A stretch of DNA of 64,000 nucleotides from Abditibacterium sp. (GTDB lineage: Bacteria; Armatimonadota; Abditibacteriia; Abditibacteriales; Abditibacteriaceae), in contig CBDASK010000003.1 in NCBI GenBank assembly GCA_965199495.1, positions 2,112,001 to 2,176,000 of the forward strand. Reading direction: 5' to 3'. Below, in pieces: positions 9,343-19,664 of the stretch. A model generated the notes under the pieces. It worked only from the letters and a program-made list of their open reading frames with translations, was not told the origin of the DNA and did not search any database. Within the stretch, counting starts at the first letter, position 1. Each line of letters starts with the position of its first letter. Both the position numbers and the translations under genes were made by a program.

Positions 9343-11430
9343 TCAACGCCCGATGCGTTCCAAAATTAGCGCGCGCGAGCCGTCGTCGCCGTTGAATTCG
9401 TGAACCGCGTAACCCGCCGCGCGCGCTTGGTTTGCATCGGGCGTTTGCCAGTTCGGTTTATTGCGCCCGAAGAAAACGTAGCGCGCGCCCAAATCGCTGG
9501 CGCCGCGCGCGGTATCGAGCGCCGAGGGCAAGCGATAAAGCGCCGCGATTTTTTGGCCGCGCGCCATCACTTCGCCGTAATTGCCGTCCCATCCCCAGAC
9601 GTGTTGCGGCCAGCCCAAAGTCGAACTCAACCCCGAAAACGCGCCGATAATGCCCCAGTTGGGATCGTAATCGCCGCCCGGCAAACCGTCGGGATTGATG
9701 GATACGTCTTCCATCGCGACTTCGCCCGCGCGCCCGTTGCGCTGCAACCATTCGATAGCGCGCCGGTCGGCGGCGGGCAAATAACGCATTCCGTCGAGAG
9801 AAGCGCCCAAAACCGGCGCGCTGCTCAGCGTCACGGCGCGCGCCCAAATCGTGGACGCGGGCGCCAGCGCCAACACCGGCGCAACGCAAATCAAGGCGAG
9901 CGCGACGACCACTTTCGGCGTTTTGGCAAGCGCCCTAAAGCGCGCGCCCAACTCGGCGCTCAAGCCGACGCCGAGCAAAATCCACGCTTGCAAACCGAAT
10001 TTGAAAACCGTGTCCTGATGGCGCAATTCGCCGTCTCCAAACGCGCCCTTAATATAGAAGAGAAACGGTATCAAAAGCGCCAACAATCCGGCGCCCAGCA
10101 ACACGAGCCGAAAGCGCGCGCGGGCGTCGTGGCTCGTTGCGGGCAGCAACAGCGTGAGCGCGCCCAAGAGTATCCAGCCGCCCCACAATAGAGCGAATGA
10201 AAGCAAATCGGGCATCCACGGATCGCGCACGACGCCGCCAACGGGCGATTTGAATTTCCAGAAATAAAGCGCCGCCGCCAAAATCGCGACCACAAACGGA
10301 GCTATAACCGACGCAATCGCGCGCGTTTTGCTTTGGTTTGGCGCGCGCGTCAGCCAAATCGAGGCGCCGAAAAGCAAGCCAAAAACCGGCGCGTCCCAAG
10401 TGTTGGTCATCAGCCACGCGCCCAGAACCAAGCCGCCGATAACTATAATCGCGCGGCGCGGCGAAGGTTTAGGGGTGGGGCTTGCGCTCCCTTTCAATCG
10501 GGATTTTTTCTTCGCACCCCGATTGGAAGAGGGCGCAAGCTCCGCTCCTACTTCATCTCTTTCGGGGGGCGCGAACAAACTCCACGCCAGCGAGAGCCAC
10601 AGCGCCGCGAAACTGAGCGCATAAAAATGCGCGTGCGCGTCGCCAATCGCCATCGTAAATGCCGGATATTCGTTGATGGTATTGGGAATCACCCGCGAAG
10701 TCGAGAACCAATCGAAAGGCCACATCCAACCTTTTTCGCTCCACTGGCGCAACGGCTCCAACGGCCCGCTCAGGCCGACCAAAAGCATCGTGACAACGCC
10801 CCAAATTTTCGAGCGCGTCAGGGCCGCACCCAGCGCCCACGTCGTCGAAAGGAAGAACGCGCAAAACGCCGGTTGAACCAAATTATAAGCGAAATTGGGC
10901 GTCGTATTGAGCGCGCGCCCCATCAACGCGCCCATCAGCGGCCCGAAATAATAGTAGTTGGTGAAACTGGCGCCGCCCCACCACGGATGGGCAAACGGCA
11001 ACCAATCGGCTTTCCACGCCGCGCTTAACAAGGCGGCGTCCATCGGTTTTTCCAAGTTGTTGATTTCGGGATGCTGCAAGCGAATCCACAAGAACGCCGC
11101 CCAACTCAACAAAAATATCGCGTCCGAAATCAATAATGATTTAACGTTCTGGCGCGCCCACTCGCGCGCCGATTTATCGCGCCAACCCGCCGCGCACACG
11201 ATGGCGGCGAGGGCAGCCACGGGAGGCGCCAGCTTGAGCGGCACGAGATGCAACGTCGCGCCCCAAAACGAAAACAGCGCGACCAAAACGACAAATAAGA
11301 CGCGTCCGGCGGCCAAACCGCCGTCGGGCAAACTCGCGAACAAGCGCCGCGAAATCGGCAACGCCAGCCAACCCAGCGCCCACAGGGCGAGCGTCCAAAT
11401 TAAAATCGTGCTGACCAGAGAAAAAGGCAC
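9343..11430 (-). CDS. DUF2298 (YYY-motif) polytopic membrane protein
   Basis: EKPMD, NYYYFG, SRVIPNTINEYP, GDAHAH and NTWD motifs; many TM segments. Confidence 0.85.
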   Translation of the reverse strand: MPFSLVSTILIWTLALWALGWLALPISRRLFASLPDGGLAAGRVLFVVLVALFSFWGATLHLVPLKLAPPVAALAAIVCAAGWRDKSAREWARQNVKSLLISDAIFLLSWAAFLWIRLQHPEINNLEKPMDAALLSAAWKADWLPFAHPWWGGASFTNYYYFGPLMGALMGRALNTTPNFAYNLVQPAFCAFFLSTTWALGAALTRSKIWGVVTMLLVGLSGPLEPLRQWSEKGWMWPFDWFSTSRVIPNTINEYPAFTMAIGDAHAHFYALSFAALWLSLAWSLFAPPERDEVGAELAPSSNRGAKKKSRLKGSASPTPKPSPRRAIIVIGGLVLGAWLMTNTWDAPVFGLLFGASIWLTRAPNQSKTRAIASVIAPFVVAILAAALYFWKFKSPVGGVVRDPWMPDLLSFALLWGGWILLGALTLLLPATSHDARARFRLVLLGAGLLALLIPFLFYIKGAFGDGELRHQDTVFKFGLQAWILLGVGLSAELGARFRALAKTPKVVVALALICVAPVLALAPASTIWARAVTLSSAPVLGASLDGMRYLPAADRRAIEWLQRNGRAGEVAMEDVSINPDGLPGGDYDPNWGIIGAFSGLSSTLGWPQHVWGWDGNYGEVMARGQKIAALYRLPSALDTARGASDLGARYVFFGRNKPNWQTPDANQARAAGYAVHEFNGDDGSRALILERIGR
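10470..10551. repeat. REP-like palindromic element inside the DUF2298 CDS
   Basis: Imperfect inverted repeat. 10521-10545 (GATTGGAAGAGGGCGCAAGCTCCGC) is identical to intergenic 35374-35398, and the element ends in CTAC (GTAG on the minus strand). Confidence 0.85.
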
Positions 11431-11511
11431 CCTTCTATTTTATTTCAGATGTCGGGTTGCGGATGTCAGATAATATTTGCTTCCCGATTTACAACTTTGG
11501 GCGACTTCACT

Positions 11512-12549
11512 ATGAAAATTGGATTTATCGTCAACCGCATCGAAACCGAAATGCCCGTCTACACCACGACTCGATTGGCTCACGCCGCGCACCGGCGCGG
11601 ACATCGGGCTTATATTATCGGCGTCGGCGATTTGGTGCAAAAGAGCGATGGCATCCTTCACGCGCGCGCCAAGTGCGCGCCCGCCAAGAAATATGGCAGC
11701 AACGAAACTTATTTTAACGCGCTGCAAAAATCCGAGAAAGTGATTGTCGAGGCCGACGATTTCGACGTCATTATGCTGCGCAACGACCCCGCCGATGCCG
11801 TCGAGCATCCGTGGGCCTCGGTTTCGGGTTATGTTTGGGGCCAACTGGCGAGCCAGCGCGGCATTTTGGTGGTCAACGATCCGCATTCTTTGGCCGATGC
11901 CGTCAACAAAATGTATTTTCAGCACTTCCCCGCGCAAGTGCGTCCGGCCACTTTGATTACGCGCGCCGTCGAAGATGTGCGCGAGTTTTACGACGAACAC
12001 CAATCGAATATCGTGCTGAAACCGTTGCAGGGTTCGGGCGGCGCCAGCGTGTTTTTGGCCGGGCCGGGCGATAAGCCGAACCTGAATCAGATGGTCGAGG
12101 CGATCACGCGCGACGGTTATATCGTGGCGCAGGAAAACTTGGCCGAAGCCAAAAATGGCGACGTGCGATTGTTCGTGATGAACGGCAGACCGTTGCAGGT
12201 CAAAGGCAAAACCGCGTTGTTTCGGCGCGTCAACAAAACCGACGATTTGAGATCGAATATGCACGTCGGCGGCAAATCGGAGGCGGCGGAATATACTCCC
12301 GAAATGGAGCGCATCGTCGAAACGGTGCGCCCCAAACTGGTCGCCGACGGTATGTTTTTAGTCGGCATTGACATCGTCGGCGATAAGTTGATGGAAATCA
12401 ACGTGTTTTCGCCCGGTGGCTTCGGCTCGACGCACCGCTTCACCGGCATCGAATTTTCGCTGGCTGTCATCGAAGATTTGGAGCGCAAGGTGTTTTATAA
12501 ATCGCTCTACAAACACAAAGTGCCCAACCAAACTTTGGCCACGATTTGA
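11512..12549 (+). CDS. gshB: Glutathione synthetase-like ATP-grasp ligase
   Basis: MLRNDP, VVNDP, VLKPLQGSGGASVF, GDVRLF, RSNMHVGG and GIDIVGDKLMEINVFSPGG. Confidence 0.8.
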   Translation: MKIGFIVNRIETEMPVYTTTRLAHAAHRRGHRAYIIGVGDLVQKSDGILHARAKCAPAKKYGSNETYFNALQKSEKVIVEADDFDVIMLRNDPADAVEHPWASVSGYVWGQLASQRGILVVNDPHSLADAVNKMYFQHFPAQVRPATLITRAVEDVREFYDEHQSNIVLKPLQGSGGASVFLAGPGDKPNLNQMVEAITRDGYIVAQENLAEAKNGDVRLFVMNGRPLQVKGKTALFRRVNKTDDLRSNMHVGGKSEAAEYTPEMERIVETVRPKLVADGMFLVGIDIVGDKLMEINVFSPGGFGSTHRFTGIEFSLAVIEDLERKVFYKSLYKHKVPNQTLATI

Positions 12550-12645
12550 AGGGGCCATTGCTTCTTCTCTGACGAGAATATTCGCAAAAAGAAGCGGCGA
12601 AATCAAAAGCGCCTCGTGCGACGCGGCGCGCTGTCGAAAACGCGC

Positions 12646-14703
12646 ATGAAAACTTTTTGGATCGTGGCATCGCTTGGTTTAGCGGCGCCGTTGGCGCGCG
12701 CGCAAAATACGCCCGCCATTGCGATTTCCGCGTCTGAGGCCGCGATTTTGGCGCCGCGCGCGGGCGAAATCCTGCTCGAAGGCGAAATCGTGAAGACGAG
12801 CGCCGACGGGCAGAATTTGGAAATTCTGGCGCGCGCGTTTTCGACGCCCTCCAACCGGCGCGAATTGGAAACGCCGCGCGCCAAAACGCTCGTCATCAAC
12901 GCCCAAACGCAATTGCTGGGCGCCAAACGTCCGTTGCAAACGCTGCCGCCGCAAACGCTGGTGCGCGTTGTGGGACGCGAAATCGCCGAACAGCCGTTCG
13001 TGGCGCGCGCCCTGCTGTGGGGCGACGCAGCTCAACCTGCCACAACCGCGCCCGCCGCCACCCACTCCGCTGTGCCGGTGGCTGGTGACGCGACTATCGA
13101 GGGCGACGCGACGGTGCCCGACGCGGTCGCCCAAATTTTGCCCGCGCCACGTCAAATCGCGGGCGCGAGCGTGCGCCTCGTGGACGCCGGTTTTCGACTC
13201 GACAAGAGGATTCCGCTCGCGCCGGTTTTCTACTTTGTGGTGCGCGCGACGCCGGGCGCCAAAGTGAGTTTGCTCAACATCGTGGGGCCGGATTTACAAT
13301 TGGCCACCTATTCGGCGGTGCCCACCCAGACCGGCGATGGGCACGCCGCCGAAAATTGGATCGCGCCCTACGTGGATGCGCGCTGGGATCACGTGCGCGT
13401 GTTCATGGAAGTTACCGCGCCCGACGCGCCCGCAGACGCGCGCGGTTCGTTCGTGCAGAACTTTCCCGTTGAACTGCCGTTGCCCGCGTTGGGACAAACC
13501 ATTCCGCTCCATAAAACGATTGCCACGCCGCACGGCAGCACCGTCGAAATCAGCGAAATCTCCAACAATAAGCCGCAAAAAGATGGCAACGGCGACCGTT
13601 TAAGCAACGCCGACGGCACCTTGAGCATCGAGATTCGCAGTCAAAAACCCGGTGATGCGCCCGATGCCAAAATTGGTCTGTGGCTGAAAGATTATCAAGT
13701 CGAAAACAAAGATTGGTATCCCAACAGCAGTGGCTCGGAAGGCAGCGCGGACAAAACCACGCTGCACCTGTCGCGCCCGCCCGCCGCGATTAAGACGATG
13801 ACGGCGAATTTGGAAGTCAGCGAATCGGCGCCTCAATGGGTGATGCCGCAGTATTTCGGCGTCGCCACATTCGAGTTGCCGGTGGCCGCATTGTTGAAAG
13901 CGCGCCCGCCCGCAACGCCCGCAGATGCGCCGCAATTGTTCGAGGCGCAGACGCCGGGCGGCGTGGCCCGAATAAGCGCGCCGCAATGGATTGACGGCGC
14001 CTGGCAAATGCGTTTGTGGACGCAACGCCACGATGTCGCCGGTTTGCCGGAAAGCAATCCGAATGTCGCCACGCGTTTGGTCGTGACCGAGGTTGTGGCG
14101 AAGAGCGCGCGGGGCCACGAGTTTTCGTGGAGCAACGGCGGTCATAGCGGCGACCTGTTTTTGACGCCCGATAACACGCCTCTGGCGCGCGACGAGGCCG
14201 CGCACCGCGTCATTTTTCGCGAGGCGACAGAGCTGGACGCGCCCGTTCAACTGACCGCGACCGCGCAGGAGCGCCGCTTCTATTCGTCCATGCACGATTT
14301 TCGCGGTTTGCCCATTCCGCCGCGCGGCCAAACTCTCGAACTGGGCGAAAAGTGGAGCGATGAAAGCGCGCAACTGGCGCGCATCGGCTGGACGAAAGGG
14401 GGTCAGTTGGTGGTGATTTGCGAGAACATCAGTTTATGGAACGGCTCTTTTAGCGCCTCGCCCGCCGCCACGACTAAAGGTGCGACCGGCGGCGCAGCCG
14501 ATAGCGCGCAGGCGCTGAAGCTGACTTCGCAGGGCACTTACGATCCGTTGGGCGGCGCTGGACTGAAGCCCGGCGCCCTCGCTCTGACGTTCGAGGCGCC
14601 ATTGCCCGGCGCTCAGACGCTCGATTTAATTTATGGCGTTACCGAAATCGCCTCCGATTCCAAACGCACTTTTCACTGGGATTTGAGCAAAAACGCGAAC
14701 TAA
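12646..14703 (+). CDS. Secreted hypothetical protein
   Basis: Long ORF with a signal peptide (MKTFWIVASLGLAAPLARA); no family recognised. Confidence 0.7.
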   Translation: MKTFWIVASLGLAAPLARAQNTPAIAISASEAAILAPRAGEILLEGEIVKTSADGQNLEILARAFSTPSNRRELETPRAKTLVINAQTQLLGAKRPLQTLPPQTLVRVVGREIAEQPFVARALLWGDAAQPATTAPAATHSAVPVAGDATIEGDATVPDAVAQILPAPRQIAGASVRLVDAGFRLDKRIPLAPVFYFVVRATPGAKVSLLNIVGPDLQLATYSAVPTQTGDGHAAENWIAPYVDARWDHVRVFMEVTAPDAPADARGSFVQNFPVELPLPALGQTIPLHKTIATPHGSTVEISEISNNKPQKDGNGDRLSNADGTLSIEIRSQKPGDAPDAKIGLWLKDYQVENKDWYPNSSGSEGSADKTTLHLSRPPAAIKTMTANLEVSESAPQWVMPQYFGVATFELPVAALLKARPPATPADAPQLFEAQTPGGVARISAPQWIDGAWQMRLWTQRHDVAGLPESNPNVATRLVVTEVVAKSARGHEFSWSNGGHSGDLFLTPDNTPLARDEAAHRVIFREATELDAPVQLTATAQERRFYSSMHDFRGLPIPPRGQTLELGEKWSDESAQLARIGWTKGGQLVVICENISLWNGSFSASPAATTKGATGGAADSAQALKLTSQGTYDPLGGAGLKPGALALTFEAPLPGAQTLDLIYGVTEIASDSKRTFHWDLSKNAN

Positions 14704-14753
14704 AACTTGCGTTGCATCGGATGAAATTTGGCAAACTCCAAGCAGTAAATCTA

Positions 14754-16286
14754 ATGATGAACTGTTGTATTTCGTGGCGTCGCGCTCTGTTGCTTTGCTG
14801 TTTGACTGGTCTGGGCGCCGCTTCTTTGTCGAGTTGCGGCGGCGGTGGCTCCAACCTGCCGACGCCCGCTCCATCGAATCCCGATGCGCAGACGCAAAGC
14901 ATCGCGCGCTGGCAACCAGTGATTTCCGCCGACGCCGGACAAACCGAGGCGCCGCCGGTTGCGGGCGGCGCCATCGCCAACGCCGAAATCGCGCAACTGT
15001 TGGCGCTGCAAAGCGCGCGCACTCCAGCGCAAATCGCGATTTTCAATAAATGGAACAATCGCGCCGCTTCGCAATGGAACGAAATCGCGCGCGATCTGGT
15101 CATCGCAAACGGCACGACGCCGCCGATTTCCTCGCGCGTTTACGCCGCGCTCAGCGTCGCGCAATATGACGCGACCATCGCCGCCGCGCGCGCGCAAATC
15201 ACTTTTAATCGCGCCGCGCCCGCCCAAGTGGATGTGCGCATCCAACCGCTTTCCCCAATTCGCGATGGTTATCCCTCGCGCACATGGGCACTGTGTCGCG
15301 CCAGCGCCGACGTTTTGAAGTCGCTTTATCCGGGCGATAAAGCGCAACTCGAAAGCGCCGAATCCGAATGCGAAACTTCGCGATTGGTCGGCGGCGTCAA
15401 TTTTCCCTCGGATATCGAAGCGGGCAATCAGGTCGGCGCCGCCGTGGCTGCTAAAGTCATCGCGCGTTTGGCGAACGATGGCGCCGACAAAGCCGCGCAA
15501 ACTTTGCCACAACCCAGCGGCCCCGGATATTGGACGGGTAAAGGCGGTTTGTTGCCTTCTTGGAAGTTCGTCAAGCCGTGGCTGACAACCGACATCAGCC
15601 AGTTTCGCGCGCCCGCGCCGCCCGCGTTTGGTTCGCCGCAGTTCAATCAAGATTTGGCCGAGGTGCGCCAAATCTCGGACAATCGCACGCCGGAGCAGTC
15701 CGCAATCGCCGATTTCTGGGCCGACGCCGCGCAAACCTTCACGCCGCCGGGACATTGGAACTTATTTGCAGATCGGATCATCGCCAGCCACAATTTGAGC
15801 GACGCGCAGGCCGCGCGCGTTTACGCGTTGCTGAACATGGCCGAGCAGGATTCGGGGATTTCGTGCTGGAACAGCAAATTTACCTATTGGGTCATTCGCC
15901 CGTCGCAAGCCGACCCGCAAATCACGACGCCAGTCGGTTTGCCCGATTTCCCATCGTATACGTCGGGCCACTCGAACTTTTCGGGCGCGGGCGCGTGGGT
16001 TTTGGGCGCGCTGTTTCCCGACGAAAAACCAATCGTTGACGCTCTGGCGCAAGAAGCCTCAGTTTCGCGCATCTACGGCGGCATTCATTATCGCTTCGAC
16101 GCCGACGGCGGCATCAATAACGGCCACGCCGTCGCCGACCTCGCTGTTGCGCGCTCGCAAAGCGACGGCTACACCGATGGCGTCCCAACGGGCCGCACGT
16201 TGTCGTTCGAGGAATTGAAAAATGACACCAACGCCGAATTAAACCGGCGCGCGCCGGGCACGCGTAAATCGGCGAACTGGGATTGA
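14754..16286 (+). CDS. PAP2 / vanadium-dependent haloperoxidase-family lipoprotein
   Basis: Lipobox LSSC; the C-terminal domain has KFTYWVIRP, PSYTSGH and SRIYGGIH. Confidence 0.85.
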   Translation: MMNCCISWRRALLLCCLTGLGAASLSSCGGGGSNLPTPAPSNPDAQTQSIARWQPVISADAGQTEAPPVAGGAIANAEIAQLLALQSARTPAQIAIFNKWNNRAASQWNEIARDLVIANGTTPPISSRVYAALSVAQYDATIAAARAQITFNRAAPAQVDVRIQPLSPIRDGYPSRTWALCRASADVLKSLYPGDKAQLESAESECETSRLVGGVNFPSDIEAGNQVGAAVAAKVIARLANDGADKAAQTLPQPSGPGYWTGKGGLLPSWKFVKPWLTTDISQFRAPAPPAFGSPQFNQDLAEVRQISDNRTPEQSAIADFWADAAQTFTPPGHWNLFADRIIASHNLSDAQAARVYALLNMAEQDSGISCWNSKFTYWVIRPSQADPQITTPVGLPDFPSYTSGHSNFSGAGAWVLGALFPDEKPIVDALAQEASVSRIYGGIHYRFDADGGINNGHAVADLAVARSQSDGYTDGVPTGRTLSFEELKNDTNAELNRRAPGTRKSANWD

Positions 16287-16381
16287 CGAAGACGCTTTAA
16301 CGCGCCAAATTCTCCGCGTGCGGAACGTCAACGCGGGGTTATCAGTCTTTTAAAACAGCCGAAAAACGGGCTAACAGACTT

Positions 16382-18145
16382 ATGGCCAAAAATCGCAATC
16401 GCCGCGACGATTCCTTTGAAGATTCCGGCGCCAATCCTTTCCAAAATTTCCCCGAAACGCAACTCGATGCGCCGGGACTTTTAGACGAAATTCTCAATTC
16501 GGGCCGCGTTGACGATTCGCGCACTTACAACACGTTGTTGCTGCTGCGCCATCAACTCGAAACCGACAAAAAACAACTCGAAGAAGCCGCCGAAGTTATC
16601 GGTCAATACGAGGAGGCTTATAACAAACTCACCCAGCCCGCCAATCGCATCGGCGTTTATCTGGGCAAACCGCCCGAAGAACGCGTCAAACGCAAAGTCG
16701 AACCCGAAAAACCCGACGAATTGGCGCTCATCGCCGTCGGCGATCAGGAATTCGTGGTGCAGGTTGACCCGAACATTGACGAACCCAAATTCGACATCGG
16801 CACGCGCGTCAAAGTCAACGAGGGTTACGCCGTCGTCGGCGATATGGGGCCAGCCGAAAACGGGCCAATCGCCAAAATTTCCGAAGTCATGGACGACGGG
16901 CGACTGCGCGTCTCGTCCGATCCGCAGGGAATGCAGGGCCGCATCGTCTATCGCGGCGAGAAGATTTTGGGCACCGAACTCAAAGTCGGCGACGAAGTGC
17001 GCATGGAGCCGTTTTTCAAAGTCGCGCTCGAACTTTTCGTCGGCAATGAAACGCGCGATTATTTTCTGGAAGAAGTGCCCGAACTGCCGTGGGAGAAAAT
17101 CGGCGGCCAGGAAGAAGCGATTCAATTGATCCGCGATACCATCGAGATGCCGCTTTTGTATCCCGAATTGTTCGAGCGTTTCGGCAAAAAACCGATCAAG
17201 GGCATTTTGCTGTTCGGCCCGCCCGGATGCGGCAAAACTTTGATTGGCAAGGCGACGGCTTACAACCTGACGCGCGCTTTCAACGAGCGCACGGGACAGG
17301 ATTTGAAAGAATATTTCATGCTCATCAACGGGCCGCAAATTTTGAATATGTGGCTGGGCGAAAGCGAGCGCCAAGTGCGCGAGATTTTCCAGACCGCGCG
17401 CGAAAAAGCCAAAGAAGGCCACTTGGTTTTCATCTTCATTGACGAAGCCGAATCGTTGCTCCGCACGCGTTCTTCGGGGAGAATGGGCAACATCAACAAC
17501 ACTTTGGTGCCGCAGTTCGCCGCCGAAATGGACGGCTTGGTTTCGATGGAAAACGTCGTGGTGATGCTGACATCGAACCGGCCCGACTACATCGACCCGG
17601 CGATTTTGCGTCCCTCGCGTATTGATCGCAAAGTCAAGATTCGGCGACCCGACAAAGCGGCGTCGCGCGACATCTTCGAGATTTATTTGCGCGAAGATTT
17701 GCCCTACGATCCGGCGCTACTCAAGAGCCACGGCGGCGACGTGGCTGCATCGCGCGCACAGTTGGCAAACATGGCGACCGATTACACGTTTCGTCGCACG
17801 CCGGAAACCGAGTTTTTGGAGGTCTACACGCGCGCGGGCGGCGTCGAGACTTTGCACTACAAAGATTTAGTTTCGGGCGCTCTCATCGAGAGCATCGTCG
17901 AGCGCGCCAAGGATTTCGTTATCAAACGTTCGATTGACGTGAAATCGAGTCAGGAAGGTTTGGGCGAAGACGACTTGAAAAAAGCGATTGACGCCGAGTT
18001 CAAGGAAAACGAGATTTTCCCCAAGACCGACAATATCGAGGATTGGATGAAGTTGCTCGATTACGATCAGGAAAATGTGGTGACGCTCAAGCCGATTCGT
18101 CCGGGTTCGCGTGACCGCGAACGCAGTGTGCGCGGCGTGATTTAG
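16382..18145 (+). CDS. arc: Proteasome-associated AAA ATPase (ARC/Mpa family)
   Basis: N-terminal coiled coil and OB-like region, LEEVP..WEKIGG, GPPGCGKTLIGKA, INGPQILNMWLGESER, IFIDE, SNRPDYIDPAILRP and SGALI. Confidence 0.85.
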   Translation: MAKNRNRRDDSFEDSGANPFQNFPETQLDAPGLLDEILNSGRVDDSRTYNTLLLLRHQLETDKKQLEEAAEVIGQYEEAYNKLTQPANRIGVYLGKPPEERVKRKVEPEKPDELALIAVGDQEFVVQVDPNIDEPKFDIGTRVKVNEGYAVVGDMGPAENGPIAKISEVMDDGRLRVSSDPQGMQGRIVYRGEKILGTELKVGDEVRMEPFFKVALELFVGNETRDYFLEEVPELPWEKIGGQEEAIQLIRDTIEMPLLYPELFERFGKKPIKGILLFGPPGCGKTLIGKATAYNLTRAFNERTGQDLKEYFMLINGPQILNMWLGESERQVREIFQTAREKAKEGHLVFIFIDEAESLLRTRSSGRMGNINNTLVPQFAAEMDGLVSMENVVVMLTSNRPDYIDPAILRPSRIDRKVKIRRPDKAASRDIFEIYLREDLPYDPALLKSHGGDVAASRAQLANMATDYTFRRTPETEFLEVYTRAGGVETLHYKDLVSGALIESIVERAKDFVIKRSIDVKSSQEGLGEDDLKKAIDAEFKENEIFPKTDNIEDWMKLLDYDQENVVTLKPIRPGSRDRERSVRGVI

Positions 18146-18164
18146 TTGCCGGTTCGGTTAAAAT

Positions 18165-18198
18165 AAAACGGCGCGTTCCTGCGGGAGCGCGCCGTTTT
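18165..18198 (+). terminator. Hairpin after arc
   Basis: AAAACGGCGCG-loop-CGCGCCGTTTT. Confidence 0.6.
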
Positions 18199-18201
18199 GC
18201 T

Positions 18202-19485
18202 ATGCCCGCCAATTTTCCAACACAAATCAGCGCCGACGGGCGTTTCTTGCAAACCGCCGACGGCACGCCGTTTTTCTGGCTCGCCGATACCGCATGGGAA
18301 CTGTTTCACCGTTTGTCGCGCGAAGAGGCCGATTTTTATCTGCAAACGCGCGCCCGCCAGGGCTACACCGTGATTCAAGCCGTCGTTTTGGCCGAGTTCG
18401 ACGGTTTGCACGAGCCCAATTTTTATGGCGATTTGCCGTTGCAGGGCGACGATCCGACCAAGCCCATCGAAGCGTATTTCGCTCATGTGGATTGGGTCGT
18501 GAAGCGCGCCAACGCGCTGGGCCTGACCATCGGGATGTTGCCGACTTGGGGCGACAAATGGAACAAAAAGTGGGGCGTTGGGCCAGAAATTTTTACGCCC
18601 GAAAACGCGCGGATTTACGGAAATTGGTTGGGTAATCGTTACCAAAACGCGGCGATTGTGTGGATTTTAGGAGGCGACCGGCCCATCGAAAACGAAACGC
18701 ACCGCGCCATTGTGGAAAGCATGGCGGCGGGCGTGGCTGCAAGCTCGAAGCACCTGAAAACGTTGCATCCCAACGGCGGCCAAACTTCGGCGCAATGGTT
18801 TCACGACGCGCCGTGGCTCGATTTCAACATGATGCAAACTGGGCATGGGCGCAACTCGGCTAATTACCAAAAAATCGCCGAAGATTACGCGCGCACTCCC
18901 GTCAAGCCGGTCATTGATGGCGAGCCGGGCTACGAAGATCATCCCGCCGGATTTCAGATAGAAAACGGTTATTTGGACGATTATGACAACCGCAAAAGTT
19001 TGTATTGGGCGCTGTTGTCGGGCACGGCGGGCCACACCTACGGTTGCCACGCCGTCTGGCAGATGCTGAGTCCGAAGCATCCGGCGATTAATCATCCGCG
19101 TTTGCCGTGGCGACAATCGCTGGAACTGGCGGGCGCACGGCAAATGCACCTGGCAAGGCAAATTTTGGCGCCGAGCTGGGGCCATCTCGTGCCCGATCAA
19201 TCTTTGATTATCGAGCAGCCACGCCAGGACGGGCAAGCCTTGGATTACGCGCACCTCGCCGCCGCGCGCGAGGCCAACGGCGCACGCGTCTGGATTTACT
19301 GTCCGCTCGATTGGGCCTTTGAAGTGGACACTTCCAATTTGCCCGACGCGCATCTGCGCGCCCATTGGATCGACCCGCGAACCGGCGAAGCTATGCCCGG
19401 CGAAGAGTTCGCGCGCGGCGCGCGGCGTAAGTTTCAGGCGCCGGGCTGGGGGCCGGATTGGATTTTAAGTTTGCAAGCCGTCTGA
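18202..19485 (+). CDS. DUF4038 / GH140 apiosidase-like glycoside hydrolase
   Basis: DGTPFFWLADTAWELF, WILGGD, WLDFNMMQTGH, KPVIDGEPGYE and GHTYG. Confidence 0.85.
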   Translation: MPANFPTQISADGRFLQTADGTPFFWLADTAWELFHRLSREEADFYLQTRARQGYTVIQAVVLAEFDGLHEPNFYGDLPLQGDDPTKPIEAYFAHVDWVVKRANALGLTIGMLPTWGDKWNKKWGVGPEIFTPENARIYGNWLGNRYQNAAIVWILGGDRPIENETHRAIVESMAAGVAASSKHLKTLHPNGGQTSAQWFHDAPWLDFNMMQTGHGRNSANYQKIAEDYARTPVKPVIDGEPGYEDHPAGFQIENGYLDDYDNRKSLYWALLSGTAGHTYGCHAVWQMLSPKHPAINHPRLPWRQSLELAGARQMHLARQILAPSWGHLVPDQSLIIEQPRQDGQALDYAHLAAAREANGARVWIYCPLDWAFEVDTSNLPDAHLRAHWIDPRTGEAMPGEEFARGARRKFQAPGWGPDWILSLQAV

Positions 19486-19664
19486 AAAAGGGCGCATCAG
19501 AAAAGTTAGGCTTATTTTGAGCGCACCGGAGCAACACTTTGCGCAATTTTCGTTGGAGTCGCGCGCGGCTCTTGCGCGTTGCTGACAAACCGAATAATTT
19601 TCGAGACGTTCTATACTGGCGTTTCTCGTTTGAACTTTGGTCGAACTCAAGCGTAGCTCAAGTT

